Shown here piece by piece: positions 39,410 through 48,843 of a stretch of 64,000 nt of DNA; position 1 is the first letter of the stretch, and each line of letters begins with the position of its first letter. The translations under genes were made by a program, and so were the position numbers. The DNA comes from Candidatus Omnitrophota bacterium (GTDB lineage Bacteria; Omnitrophota; Omnitrophia; Omnitrophales; Aquincolibacteriaceae). The notes below the pieces were generated by a model. It was not told where the DNA came from. It was given only the letters and a program-made list of their open reading frames with translations, and searched no databases. The DNA is taken from the NCBI GenBank assembly GCA_022709525.1, contig JAKLIQ010000001.1:274679-338678 (forward strand). Direction: 5' to 3'.

Positions 39410-41161
39410 ATGGTTAAGGCTGTTATCAACGGATTAAAGGTTGAAGTGCCCGAAAAGACGACGATCCTCGATGCCGCGCGTAAGGCGCAGATCAAGATCC
39501 CGACCCTTTGCAAACATCCGGATTCTTACCTTCACGCCTCCGCCGCCTGCGGTATCTGCCTTGTGAGGGTCAAGGGTTCAAAGAAAATGCTTCGGGCTTG
39601 CTGCACGCCGCTTGAAGAAGGCATGGACATCATCACTCATGATCCCGAGATCGTGGCGATCCGGCGGACCGTTGTGGAGCTTTTTCTTTCCAATCATCCG
39701 AATGAATGTTTAACCTGCGGCCGGAACAATAATTGCGAACTGCAATCCCTTGTGGCGGATTTCGGGATCCGTGAAGAGTTTTATGAAAAGATCGTAAAAG
39801 ATATCCCCAAGGATGATTCGACAGGGAATATTGTGCTGGAGCCCCGGAAATGCATCAATTGTGCGCGCTGCGTCGATGTCTGCCAAAACGTTCAAGATGT
39901 ATGGGCGCTTACGTTCCTCCACCGCGGGTTCAATACAAGAATGGCTCCCGCCGGCGATATCAGTCTTGCAGACTCGCCTTGCGTTCGTTGCGGTCAGTGC
40001 GCCGCGCATTGTCCGACCGGAGCGATCTTCGAAAAAGACGATACCGTGCTCGCCTGGAAAGCGCTTCGCGATCCGGAACAGTATTGCGTGGTTCAGATCG
40101 CGCCGGCGGTCCGCGTCGCTCTTGGCGAGGCCTTCGGTTTTCCGCTCGGCGCTAATGTGACCAAAAAAATCTACACCGCCCTCCGCCGCATGGGCTTCAA
40201 GGCGATCTTCGATACCAATTTCAGCGCCGATGTGACCATCATGGAGGAGGCGAGCGAATTCGTCGAACGTTTTGCGCACAAAAAGGGCCCTCTTCCGCTT
40301 ATTACGACCTGCTGTCCCTCATGGGTGGATTTCATGGAGAAATTCCATCACGATATGATCCCGCATTTTTCATCCGCGAAATCACCTCACGAAATGATGG
40401 GTGTTCTGGTGAAGACCTATTACGCCGAAAAGAACAAGCTCGATCCGGCGAAATTAAAGGTGATTTCCGTCATGCCATGCACGGCCAAGAAATTTGAGAT
40501 CTCGCGCAGCCATGATATGTCGGCTTCCGGGTTCCAGGATGTCGACGTGGTGCTCACAACACGCGAGCTTGCCCGCATGATCAAACAAGCCGGTATCGAT
40601 TTTTCGAATCTTCCGGAAGAAGATAGCGATCATATCCTGGGAGATTACAGCGGCGCTGGAACGATCTTTGGAGCTACGGGCGGCGTGATGGAAGCGGCAT
40701 TGCGCACCGCTTATTCTTTTGTGACCGGCAAGAAACTTCCCAAAGTGGAGTTTGAAAATGTTCGCGGCTTGAAAGGCGTTAAGGAAACTTCGATCAAGAT
40801 CGAGGGCGCGGAAGTGAAGATCGCGGTCGCGCACGGTTTGGCGAACGTAGAATATGTGCTTGATCAAGTCCGCAAAGCCCAGAAAGAAGGCAAGCCGCTC
40901 CCGTATCATTTTATCGAGGTCATGGCTTGTCCCGGCGGTTGCGTGGGCGGCGGCGGCCAGCCTTATGGCGTGACAGACGAGCTTCGCACCGCTCGCGCGA
41001 AAGGGCTTTATTCGGACGACGAAGCGCAGACCGTTCGCTGCTCGCATGAAAATCCGTACGTGCAGCAGCTCTATAAGGAGTTTCTCGGTAAACCGTTGAG
41101 CGAAAAGGCGCATCACCTGCTTCATACGAAATATCAACCGTTACCGATCTATCGGCGGTAG
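39410..41161 (+). CDS. hndD: [FeFe]-hydrogenase catalytic subunit (canonical H-cluster motifs)
   Basis: N-terminal 2Fe-2S + 2x4Fe-4S domains; L1 TTCCPSW, L2 VMPCTAKKFE, L3 EVMACPGGCVGGGGQP. Confidence 0.85.
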   Translation: MVKAVINGLKVEVPEKTTILDAARKAQIKIPTLCKHPDSYLHASAACGICLVRVKGSKKMLRACCTPLEEGMDIITHDPEIVAIRRTVVELFLSNHPNECLTCGRNNNCELQSLVADFGIREEFYEKIVKDIPKDDSTGNIVLEPRKCINCARCVDVCQNVQDVWALTFLHRGFNTRMAPAGDISLADSPCVRCGQCAAHCPTGAIFEKDDTVLAWKALRDPEQYCVVQIAPAVRVALGEAFGFPLGANVTKKIYTALRRMGFKAIFDTNFSADVTIMEEASEFVERFAHKKGPLPLITTCCPSWVDFMEKFHHDMIPHFSSAKSPHEMMGVLVKTYYAEKNKLDPAKLKVISVMPCTAKKFEISRSHDMSASGFQDVDVVLTTRELARMIKQAGIDFSNLPEEDSDHILGDYSGAGTIFGATGGVMEAALRTAYSFVTGKKLPKVEFENVRGLKGVKETSIKIEGAEVKIAVAHGLANVEYVLDQVRKAQKEGKPLPYHFIEVMACPGGCVGGGGQPYGVTDELRTARAKGLYSDDEAQTVRCSHENPYVQQLYKEFLGKPLSEKAHHLLHTKYQPLPIYRR

Positions 41162-41246
41162 AATATCATTTCATAGCATTGCAAGTTCCTGAAGAAAAGG
41201 CCCTGTAAAGGGCTGACGCTAAGGGAAGGAAAATGGAAAAGTTTTG

Positions 41247-41285
41247 AATCCCAGTTTCTTTCCTAAGGAACTGGGATTTTTTTTA
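41247..41285 (+). terminator. Rho-independent terminator after hndD
   Basis: Stem aatcccagtt / aactgggatt with a 12-nt loop, followed by a run of eight T residues. Confidence 0.6.
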
Positions 41286-41301
41286 AGAAACGGAGGCGCA
41301 A

Positions 41302-41553
41302 ATGACGGATAAAAGGCTTGGATTTGTCGGCATTATCATCGAAGACAGGAAAAAAGCCGCGCATGCGGTCAACGATCTTCTTTCAGAATTCGGGGATATG
41401 ATCGTCGCCCGCGTCGGTCTGCCGTACCGGGAACGCCATTGTTCCGTGATCACGCTCATCGTGGACGCAAACACGGATGAGCTCGGCGCCTTGACGGGGA
41501 AGCTCGGCGCCCTGGAAGGCGTTTCCGTCAAATCAGCGCTCACAAAATCCTAA
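41302..41553 (+). CDS. Small ACT/NikR-C-like putative [FeFe]-hydrogenase system regulator
   Basis: 83 aa (GFVGIIIEDRKKAAHAVNDLLSEFGDMIVARVGLPY...CSVITLIVDA) immediately upstream of hydF. Proteins of this size and pattern accompany hydEFG in many genomes. Confidence 0.5.
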   Translation: MTDKRLGFVGIIIEDRKKAAHAVNDLLSEFGDMIVARVGLPYRERHCSVITLIVDANTDELGALTGKLGALEGVSVKSALTKS

Positions 41554-41561
41554 AGGCATTT

Positions 41562-42824
41562 ATGGAAAAAACTCCAAAATCGATGAGACTTCAGATCGGT
41601 ATCTTCGGCAGGACCAATGTCGGAAAATCCAGCTTTCTCAACATGGTCGCGGGCCAGGACGTGGCGATCACTTCGCCGGTGCCGGGGACAACGACGGATG
41701 TGGTTGAAAAAGTGATGGAGCTTCTGCCGGTCGGCCCGGTGGTGTTCCTGGATACCGGCGGTCTTGACGATGATTCCACGCTCGGTTCCAGGCGCGTGGA
41801 GCGGACCCGAAAGATATTTGACCGCTCGGATGTTTCCATCCTCATTCTGGACGCGGATCGCTGGACGGAATTTGAAGAAGAAGTGGTTCGCGAAGCGCAG
41901 GCGAGGAAAAGCCCGCTCATTCTTGTCGTGAATAAAAGCGATCTTACGCCGCCCTCCGCGGTTTTTCTGGAGAAAATAAAACAAAAAACCTCCCGCATTC
42001 TGGTCTGTTCGAGCACGGACCGGGCGCGGCGCGACGAGTACGTGAATCTTCTGAAGCAATTTTTACTCGAGGTCTGCCCCGAAGATTTCCTAATGGCGCC
42101 CGCGATGCTTGGGGACCTCATGCCGAAAGGAGGACTTGCCATCCTGATCATCCCGATCGATTTTGAGGCGCCTAAGGGCCGCATCATCCTGCCCCAAGTC
42201 CAGGCGATCCGCGATGCCCTGGACCATGATTCGATGACGCTTGTGGTCAAGGAAAGCGAATATAAGGACGCGTTACAAAAATTAAAAACACCTCCCGACC
42301 TTGTGGTCTGCGATTCCCAAGTGGTCGACCGGATGGTCGCTGAGACGCCGCCCGGCGTGAGGTGCACGACTTTCTCCATTCTTTTGTCACGCATTAAAGG
42401 GGATATTGCCGAAATGACAAAGGGCGCGCTCGCGGTCGAGAGCCTCAAAGAAGGCGATAAGATCCTTATTTCCGAATCCTGCAGCCATCACGCGATCGAA
42501 GGGGATATCGGCCGGATCAAGATCCCGAAATGGATCCAGAAATACTTGGGCTGCGAGATCAAGATCGGCGTTTGCGCGGGGCGGGATTTCCCGGACGATC
42601 TGAAAGATTACAAACTGATCATTCAGTGCGGTTCCTGCATGCTGACGCGACGGGAAACGCTGGCGCGTATCCAGAAAGCAAAGCAGGCCGGGGTTCCGAT
42701 CACCAATTACGGGCTGTGCATTTCCTACCTCCAAGGAGTGCTCGAACGAGTGATAGAGCCTTTTCCAGATGCCCTTAAAGCGTTTCAAGAAAATAAAATC
42801 AATATCAAGGAAATCCTGCGATGA
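41562..42824 (+). CDS. hydF: [FeFe]-hydrogenase maturation GTPase HydF
   Basis: G1 motif GRTNVGKSS, G3 LDTGG, NKSD G4-like motif, and the C-terminal cluster-binding region with CSHH...C...C. Confidence 0.85.
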   Translation: MEKTPKSMRLQIGIFGRTNVGKSSFLNMVAGQDVAITSPVPGTTTDVVEKVMELLPVGPVVFLDTGGLDDDSTLGSRRVERTRKIFDRSDVSILILDADRWTEFEEEVVREAQARKSPLILVVNKSDLTPPSAVFLEKIKQKTSRILVCSSTDRARRDEYVNLLKQFLLEVCPEDFLMAPAMLGDLMPKGGLAILIIPIDFEAPKGRIILPQVQAIRDALDHDSMTLVVKESEYKDALQKLKTPPDLVVCDSQVVDRMVAETPPGVRCTTFSILLSRIKGDIAEMTKGALAVESLKEGDKILISESCSHHAIEGDIGRIKIPKWIQKYLGCEIKIGVCAGRDFPDDLKDYKLIIQCGSCMLTRRETLARIQKAKQAGVPITNYGLCISYLQGVLERVIEPFPDALKAFQENKINIKEILR

Positions 42825-44305
42825 CGCCCGAAACCGCTTGGATCGCCCAGCGCATCAAGCAGGATCAGATCAACCGTTATCTCGATCGAGGCCGCGATTT
42901 TATCGACGATAACGCGATTTGGGATGAGATCAAAAAAGCGGCGGAACCTGATGCGGCGACGGTTCGCACCATTCTCGCTAAATCGCTTGCCGTCCAAACG
43001 CTTGCCCCTGAAGAATTGGCTCAATTGATGCTTGTCAGGGATCCCGGACTGCTCGAGGAGATGAAAGCGGCGGCATTTGCGGTTAAAAAGAAGGTTTATG
43101 ATAACCGGATCGTGACGTTTGCGCCGCTTTATATGGGCAACTTTTGCGTCAATAACTGCGCCTATTGCGGGTTCAAACGGGAAAATACGGAAGCGAAACG
43201 GCGCGTTCTCAGCATGGAGGAGATTCGCAGAGAGACCGAGAGCCTCGCGGGGAAGATCGGCCACAAGCGCATTATCGCTGTTTACGGCGAACATCCGCTT
43301 ACGGGGATCGATTACATCCTTGAAAGCATGCGGACGATCTATGATGTTAAAGTCCTAACGAAGCACGGTTACGGGAATATCCGCCGCATCAACGTGAACG
43401 CCGCCCCGATGTCGATCGAGGAATTAACGCGTCTGAAGGACGGCGGGCTGGGAACTTATCAGGTGTTCCAGGAAACTTACCATCACGAAACCTACGCAAA
43501 ACTCCATCCCAAGGGAACGCTTAAATCGGATTATCACTGGCGGCTTTATGCGATGCACCGGGCGCTCGAGGCGGGCATCGATGACGTAGGGATCGGCGTC
43601 CTTTTCGGGCTTTATGATTGGCGCTTTGAGATTATGGCGCTTCTTTATCACGCGATCGAACTGGAAGCCAAGCTCGGGATCGGCCCGCATACGGTCTCAT
43701 TCCCGCGCATGGAGCCCGCGCTTAATTCCGATTATGCAGAACATTCGCCTTACAAAGTTTCGGATGAGGATTTTAAAAAGATCATCCTTCTTATCCGTCT
43801 AGCCATTCCTTATACCGGTATGATCATTACCGCGCGTGAAACCGCGCAGATGCGCCGCGATGCGATCGGCCTCGGGATCACGCAAACGGACGCTTCCACC
43901 AAGATCGGGATCGGCAGCTACAGCGAAGAAGGAAGCGAACAGGAGTCAAAGCGACAGCAATTCATGCTGGGCGATACGAGGAGCTTGGATGAATTGGTAA
44001 AGGATTTCGCGGACATGGGGCATATCACTTCTTTCTGCACGGCCGGTTATCGTTGCGGCCGCACTGGCAAATGCATCATGGATCTTTTACGAAGCGGCAA
44101 AGAAGGCAAATTCTGCAAATTGAACGCTGTTCTGACATTCCAGGAATGGCTCGATGATTTCGCGACGCCCGCAACGCGCGAAGCGGGCCTCCGCGTGCTT
44201 GAAAAAGAACTTGAAGAGATCCGCGCGACAAACCCTCAGGGTTTTCCCGTCTTTTTTCAATTCTTGGAACGCGTCCGGAAAGGGGAGCGGGACCTTTTCC
44301 TGTAA
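42821..44305 (+). CDS. hydG: [FeFe]-hydrogenase maturase HydG (radical-SAM tyrosine lyase)
   Basis: CVNNCAYCGF radical-SAM motif, a ThiH-like core and a C-terminal Cys-containing extension (CTAGYRCGRTGKC). Overlaps hydF by 4 nt. Confidence 0.85.
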   Translation: MTPETAWIAQRIKQDQINRYLDRGRDFIDDNAIWDEIKKAAEPDAATVRTILAKSLAVQTLAPEELAQLMLVRDPGLLEEMKAAAFAVKKKVYDNRIVTFAPLYMGNFCVNNCAYCGFKRENTEAKRRVLSMEEIRRETESLAGKIGHKRIIAVYGEHPLTGIDYILESMRTIYDVKVLTKHGYGNIRRINVNAAPMSIEELTRLKDGGLGTYQVFQETYHHETYAKLHPKGTLKSDYHWRLYAMHRALEAGIDDVGIGVLFGLYDWRFEIMALLYHAIELEAKLGIGPHTVSFPRMEPALNSDYAEHSPYKVSDEDFKKIILLIRLAIPYTGMIITARETAQMRRDAIGLGITQTDASTKIGIGSYSEEGSEQESKRQQFMLGDTRSLDELVKDFADMGHITSFCTAGYRCGRTGKCIMDLLRSGKEGKFCKLNAVLTFQEWLDDFATPATREAGLRVLEKELEEIRATNPQGFPVFFQFLERVRKGERDLFL

Positions 44306-44314
44306 CGATCGGCC

Positions 44315-45373
44315 ATGGCAGAACTCACGCGCAAAGAAATGCTCGGTTGGCTCAGCGAGAAAGATCCCCAGAAGCTCGAAGAGCTTTTCCGCGAAGCGCG
44401 AGCCTGCGCGATCCGCCATGTCGGCCCCAAGGTTTATTTCCGCGGGCTTATCGAGTTCAGCAACTTTTGCTCGAAAGACTGTTATTACTGCGGTATCCGG
44501 AAAAGCAACCGGAATCTGGAACGTTTTTCTCTAACCGAAGCCGAGATCTTGGAATGCGCGAAAGCGGCTTACGAAATGGATTATGGCTCGATCGTTCTTC
44601 AGTCCGGCGAGCGGCAGGACGGCGTCTACGCCGGTTTTATCGAGGATATTCTCCGTAAGATCAAAAAAATGACTTCCGGGAAACTTGGGATCACGCTTTC
44701 TCTCGGAGAGCAAGCCCCGGAAACCTATGAGCGATGGTTTGAGGCCGGAGCACACCGTTATCTTTTGAGGATCGAAACCAGCAGCCCCGCGCTTTATCAA
44801 CGTCTCCATCCGGCGGATCACTCCTTTGAAACGCGCAAGAGATGCCTCGAGGCGCTTTGCCGGATCGGCTATCAGGTCGGCACCGGCGTGATGATCGGAC
44901 TTCCTTTTCAGACCCATGAGGACCTGGTAGGGGACATCTTCTTTTTCAAAGACCAGGATATCGATATGATCGGGATGGGGCCTTATATCGCGCACGCGGA
45001 TACGCCCCTCAAGGCCCAAATATCGGATTATGATCCTTCAGAGAATTTCCGGCTGGGGCTTGTCATGGTGGCGCTTACGAGGCTTTTCCTTAAAGATGTC
45101 AATATTGCGGCCGCGACAGCGCTTCAGACGCTTGATGTCCAAGGAAGAGAAAAAGGGGTATTGGCGGGCGCAAACGTCATCATGCCCAATATCACGCCGA
45201 CGGACTACCGGAAGCTTTATCGGCTTTATGATAACAAACCCTGCTTGGACGAAAATGCCCGCCAATGCAAAAACTGCCTCGAGCAGCGGATCCGCGCGGC
45301 CGGCGCGAAGATCGGTTACGGCGAATGGGGGGATGCCCCTCATTTCATGAGGAGGAAAAGCGCTGCCGTTTAG
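44315..45373 (+). CDS. hydE: [FeFe]-hydrogenase maturase HydE (radical-SAM, BioB-like)
   Basis: CSKDCYYCGIR radical-SAM motif; 352 aa with a biotin-synthase-like fold. Confidence 0.85.
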   Translation: MAELTRKEMLGWLSEKDPQKLEELFREARACAIRHVGPKVYFRGLIEFSNFCSKDCYYCGIRKSNRNLERFSLTEAEILECAKAAYEMDYGSIVLQSGERQDGVYAGFIEDILRKIKKMTSGKLGITLSLGEQAPETYERWFEAGAHRYLLRIETSSPALYQRLHPADHSFETRKRCLEALCRIGYQVGTGVMIGLPFQTHEDLVGDIFFFKDQDIDMIGMGPYIAHADTPLKAQISDYDPSENFRLGLVMVALTRLFLKDVNIAAATALQTLDVQGREKGVLAGANVIMPNITPTDYRKLYRLYDNKPCLDENARQCKNCLEQRIRAAGAKIGYGEWGDAPHFMRRKSAAV

Positions 45374-45511
45374 CGCGGTTTTCAGGGCCGGCGGGGATTT
45401 TGCCGCCCTGAAGATTCTCTGGAATTTTTCCAAAAATATGATAGAACATACGCCTTCGGAATCATGAGCATCCCTTGTCAACCGGCTCCATTTTAAAAGG
45501 AAGAGGCGGCC

Positions 45512-45895
45512 ATGGATAAAAAAGAGTTTTACGCAAAGTCGGAAAAGATCATCAACGAGACTTTCGAAACGATGAAAAAATACGCCAAAGTCGTGGCGGA
45601 AAAGACCGGCGAAGCGGCGCATGTCACGAGGCTTCTCATTCAGAAAGCGGCGCTCGAACATCAGATGGCAAAATCATTCTCGCAGCTCGGTAGCCAGGTC
45701 TATCAAAAAGCCGTGCGGCAAGGGGAGATGGTCTCTCTTGCGGATCCGGAGGTCGCCAAGATCATCGAAGAGACCAAAAAGATCGACACGGAGCTCGGCC
45801 AGGTTGAAGCAGTGCTCGAAAAAGAGCGCAAGGCCCGGGGAGTCAAGGAAGCCAAGCTGAAAGCCGTCCGCAAGAAAACGGTTAAGACCTCATAG
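45512..45895 (+). CDS. Hypothetical coiled-coil protein (127 aa)
   Basis: AAGGAAGAGG RBS; K/E-rich helical sequence; no recognisable domain. Confidence 0.4.
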   Translation: MDKKEFYAKSEKIINETFETMKKYAKVVAEKTGEAAHVTRLLIQKAALEHQMAKSFSQLGSQVYQKAVRQGEMVSLADPEVAKIIEETKKIDTELGQVEAVLEKERKARGVKEAKLKAVRKKTVKTS

Positions 45896-45914
45896 TTTAT
45901 TTTAAAAAATTCAT

Positions 45915-45996
45915 GCGAGCGTGGTGAAACTGGCAGACACATCAGCTTGAGGGGCTGACGCCGCAAGGCATGGAGGTTCAAGTCCTCTCGCTCGCA
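45915..45996 (+). tRNA. tRNA-Leu (anticodon GAG), type II with long variable arm
   Basis: Acceptor GCGAGCG/CGCTCGC, anticodon stem TCAGC/GCTGA with loop TTGAGGG, long variable arm, T-arm GGAGG-TTCAAGT-CCTCT, discriminator A; CCA not encoded. Confidence 0.8.
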
Positions 45997-46090
45997 CTTT
46001 TTTCATTAAAAAAGTACGTCATCGTGACGGCTTAAGGTTGGCCATCTACGATGAACGCACTTGTTCTCATCCCTAACCCAGAGGTTATAA

Positions 46091-47476
46091 ATGTCCATGT
46101 CTTCCGCAACGATCTCGCCCTTCATTTTCCGTGAATATGATATCCGCGGCATTGCCGGCAAGGACCTTACCGAAGAAGTTGCTTTAAATATCGGGAAAGC
46201 GTTCGGCACCGTGCTTAAGCGCGACGGCAAGCAAAAGGTTGTGATCGGTCATGACCATCGCTGGAGCGCGGAATTCCTTTTTCGTGGGCTTTCCGCCGGC
46301 CTTCAAAGCTGCGGTCTTACGGTCATGGATATCGGCCTTGTCCCCACGCCGCTTATTTATTTCTATGTCACGAATAATCATCTTGACGCGGGCGTCTCGC
46401 TGACAGGGTCTCACAATCCACCGGACGAGAACGGCTTTAAATTTCAGCACGCGAGCCGCTCGTTTTATGGCAAGGAGATCCAGGGGCTTCGCCAGCTGAT
46501 CGAAAAACAGGATTTTGTTTCCGGCAAGGGCGTGGTTGAACGGCTCGATCATGAGGCTGTGGTTCGTTCTTATCAGGATTTCATCGCAAAGGATTTTCAT
46601 TTCAAAAAGAAGCTTAAAGTCGTGATCGATACCGGGCACGGGATGGCGGCCGTGACCGCGCCCGCGCTGATCCGGCGCCTTGGTTGCGATGTGACCGTGC
46701 TTTTCGAGAATCTCGATCCCAAAATGCCGGATCATCAAGCCGATCCTTCCGTTCCGTCGAACATGAAAGACCTCCAGAAAAAAGTCGTCGAAATGAAAGC
46801 TGACATCGGAATCGCCTTCGACGGAGATGCCGATCGCCTCGGCGTCGTTGATGAAAAAGGAAAGATCATCTATGGCGACAAACTTCTTCTTCTTTACGCC
46901 CGCGAGATCCTGACCCGTAAACCCGGCGCCATCATTATCGGCGATGTTAAAAGCTCCAAGCAAGTCTATGACGATATCGCGAAACGCGGCGGCAAGCCCA
47001 TCATGTGGAAAACGGGGCATTCGCTCATCAAGGCTAAAATGAAAGAAACGGGCGCGGAAATGGCGGGCGAGATGAGCGGTCATATGTTCTTCAAGGACCG
47101 TTGGCTTGGGTTTGATGACGCTGTTTACGCCGCGTGCCGGATCCTTGAGATCGCGGATAAGGCGGACGGCCCTTTTTCATCGCTTTTGGCGGATGTTCCC
47201 GATCTTTGCTCTACCCCCGAGATCCGAGTCGATTGTCCCGATGCGATCAAGTTCAGGGTGGTCGGGCAGGCGGTCGCCGATCTTAAGAAAAAATATGAAG
47301 TCGTTGATATTGACGGCGCGCGCGTACAATTCCCCGACGGCTGGGGGCTTGTCCGCGCTTCCAATACCCAGCCCGTGCTCGTGATGCGCTTTGAAGCCAA
47401 GACCGAGAGCCGCCTTGCGGAGATCCGGGCGATCATCGAGAACGAGATCAAGCGCATCATGCAAGAGATCCGCTGA
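46091..47476 (+). CDS. Phosphomannomutase/phosphoglucomutase (alpha-D-phosphohexomutase)
   Basis: Active-site Ser loop TGSHNPPDENGFKF; metal-binding DGDADR; four-domain PMM/PGM layout. Confidence 0.8.
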   Translation: MSMSSATISPFIFREYDIRGIAGKDLTEEVALNIGKAFGTVLKRDGKQKVVIGHDHRWSAEFLFRGLSAGLQSCGLTVMDIGLVPTPLIYFYVTNNHLDAGVSLTGSHNPPDENGFKFQHASRSFYGKEIQGLRQLIEKQDFVSGKGVVERLDHEAVVRSYQDFIAKDFHFKKKLKVVIDTGHGMAAVTAPALIRRLGCDVTVLFENLDPKMPDHQADPSVPSNMKDLQKKVVEMKADIGIAFDGDADRLGVVDEKGKIIYGDKLLLLYAREILTRKPGAIIIGDVKSSKQVYDDIAKRGGKPIMWKTGHSLIKAKMKETGAEMAGEMSGHMFFKDRWLGFDDAVYAACRILEIADKADGPFSSLLADVPDLCSTPEIRVDCPDAIKFRVVGQAVADLKKKYEVVDIDGARVQFPDGWGLVRASNTQPVLVMRFEAKTESRLAEIRAIIENEIKRIMQEIR

Positions 47477-48540
47477 TGAACTGGGCCGTTATTATGGCGG
47501 GCGGGAGCGGGACACGCTTCTGGCCCGAAAGCCGCAGGCATCACGCCAAACAATTCCTGAATCTTTTCGGCCGAAAAACCCTCATCGAAGAGACTTTCGA
47601 CCGGATTAAAAAGGTCGTTCCTGTTTCGCGCATCCTTGTTTTTACGGCCGAAAATAAGGCCGCTTCAACGGCAAAGCTTCTCGGGGTCCCGCGCTCGCAA
47701 GTGATCGGCGAGCCGCTCGGCCGCAATACCGCGCCTTGCGCCGTTTGGGCCGCGTCCCTCATCTTGAAAAAAGATCCCGCCGCGGTGTTGGGTATTTTTC
47801 CGGCCGATCATTTCATTAAGGATCGCGCGGCTTTCACAAAAATCCTCCGGGTGGCCTACGAACAGGCTGCCCGGGAGGGGATGCCCGTGACGCTTGGGAT
47901 CAAGCCGGACCGCCCTCATACAGGGTATGGTTACCTTGAGCTTGCCGAAAAGAAAGCGACGGTTCGCGGTACCCCGGTTTTTTTTCTCAGGCGCTTTCAT
48001 GAAAAACCAGGATTGCCGCGGGCCCGGAAATATTTCCGCTCCAAGAAATTCCTGTGGAACGCCGGGATCTTTGTCTGGCGCGCGGACTGCCTGCTTGAAA
48101 CGGCGCGCCGCGAATTGCCTTCTGTTTTCCGCGCCGCCGTCAGGATCGCCGCGGACGGTTTTTCCCAGCAAAAGATCAAAAAGATCTTTTCCCGTATTCC
48201 GCATATTTCGATCGATCATGGGATGATGGAAAAACTTCCGAGGGGCATTTTGACCATTCCAGCTTCGGTCGGCTGGAGCGATGTGGGAAGCTGGGCGACG
48301 CTTCGCGATCTTTTGACGGTCGACAAGGACAAGAACCTTTCGATCGGCACGAATATCCTGGTTGAGAGTTCGGGCAATGTCGTGAAAGGATCAGGGCGCC
48401 CGATCGTGGCCGTGGGCCTCCAAGACCATGTGGTCGTGGATACCGAGGATGCCGTGCTGGTTTGCCCTTTAAGCGAAACAGAATCGATCCGCAAGATCGT
48501 CGTTGAACTGCACAAAAGAAAGATGCATCACTTACTTTAA
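47476..48540 (+). CDS. manC: Mannose-1-phosphate guanylyltransferase
   Basis: N-terminal MAGGSGTRFWP nucleotidyltransferase motif; ~354 aa. The start overlaps the upstream stop. Confidence 0.8.
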   Translation: MNWAVIMAGGSGTRFWPESRRHHAKQFLNLFGRKTLIEETFDRIKKVVPVSRILVFTAENKAASTAKLLGVPRSQVIGEPLGRNTAPCAVWAASLILKKDPAAVLGIFPADHFIKDRAAFTKILRVAYEQAAREGMPVTLGIKPDRPHTGYGYLELAEKKATVRGTPVFFLRRFHEKPGLPRARKYFRSKKFLWNAGIFVWRADCLLETARRELPSVFRAAVRIAADGFSQQKIKKIFSRIPHISIDHGMMEKLPRGILTIPASVGWSDVGSWATLRDLLTVDKDKNLSIGTNILVESSGNVVKGSGRPIVAVGLQDHVVVDTEDAVLVCPLSETESIRKIVVELHKRKMHHLL

Positions 48541-48553
48541 CAAGGAGAACACC

Positions 48554-48757
48554 ATGAAGACGTTGATCGTGATTTTGGCAGTGTTTTTTTCGATCACAAC
48601 CCTGTCGGGTTGCGCAAGCAGTTGCAAAAAGTGCAGCGGAAGCAGTCCCGCGGCAACAGTGGTTCCGGTGGAGACCGTAACCGTTGTAGCCCCGGAACCG
48701 GCGGCAGAGCCTGCTGAAGAGCAAGTGCCCGAGGCGGCAAAGCGCTACATTAAGTAG
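48554..48757 (+). CDS. Small lipoprotein (lipobox LSGC)
   Basis: MKTLIVILAVFFSITTLSGC signal peptidase II-type signal after an AAGGAGAA RBS. Confidence 0.45.
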   Translation: MKTLIVILAVFFSITTLSGCASSCKKCSGSSPAATVVPVETVTVVAPEPAAEPAEEQVPEAAKRYIK

Positions 48758-48772
48758 ACCTTCCAAGGAGAT

Positions 48773-48830
48773 CGCTCCGGGGCGGCCGGCTGAAACAGCC
48801 GTTCCCGGAGCGGTCTTTTTAATAAAACCA
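48773..48830 (+). terminator. Rho-independent terminator
   Basis: Stem cgctccggg / cccggagcg with a long loop, followed by gtcttttt. Confidence 0.55.
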
Positions 48831-48843
48831 GCGTGAAATAGAA

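Noticed and set aside
45373-45430. Imperfect hairpin after hydE (ttcagggccggc...gccgccctgaa)
   Set aside because: The stem has a bulge and no downstream T-run, so it is not confidently a terminator.
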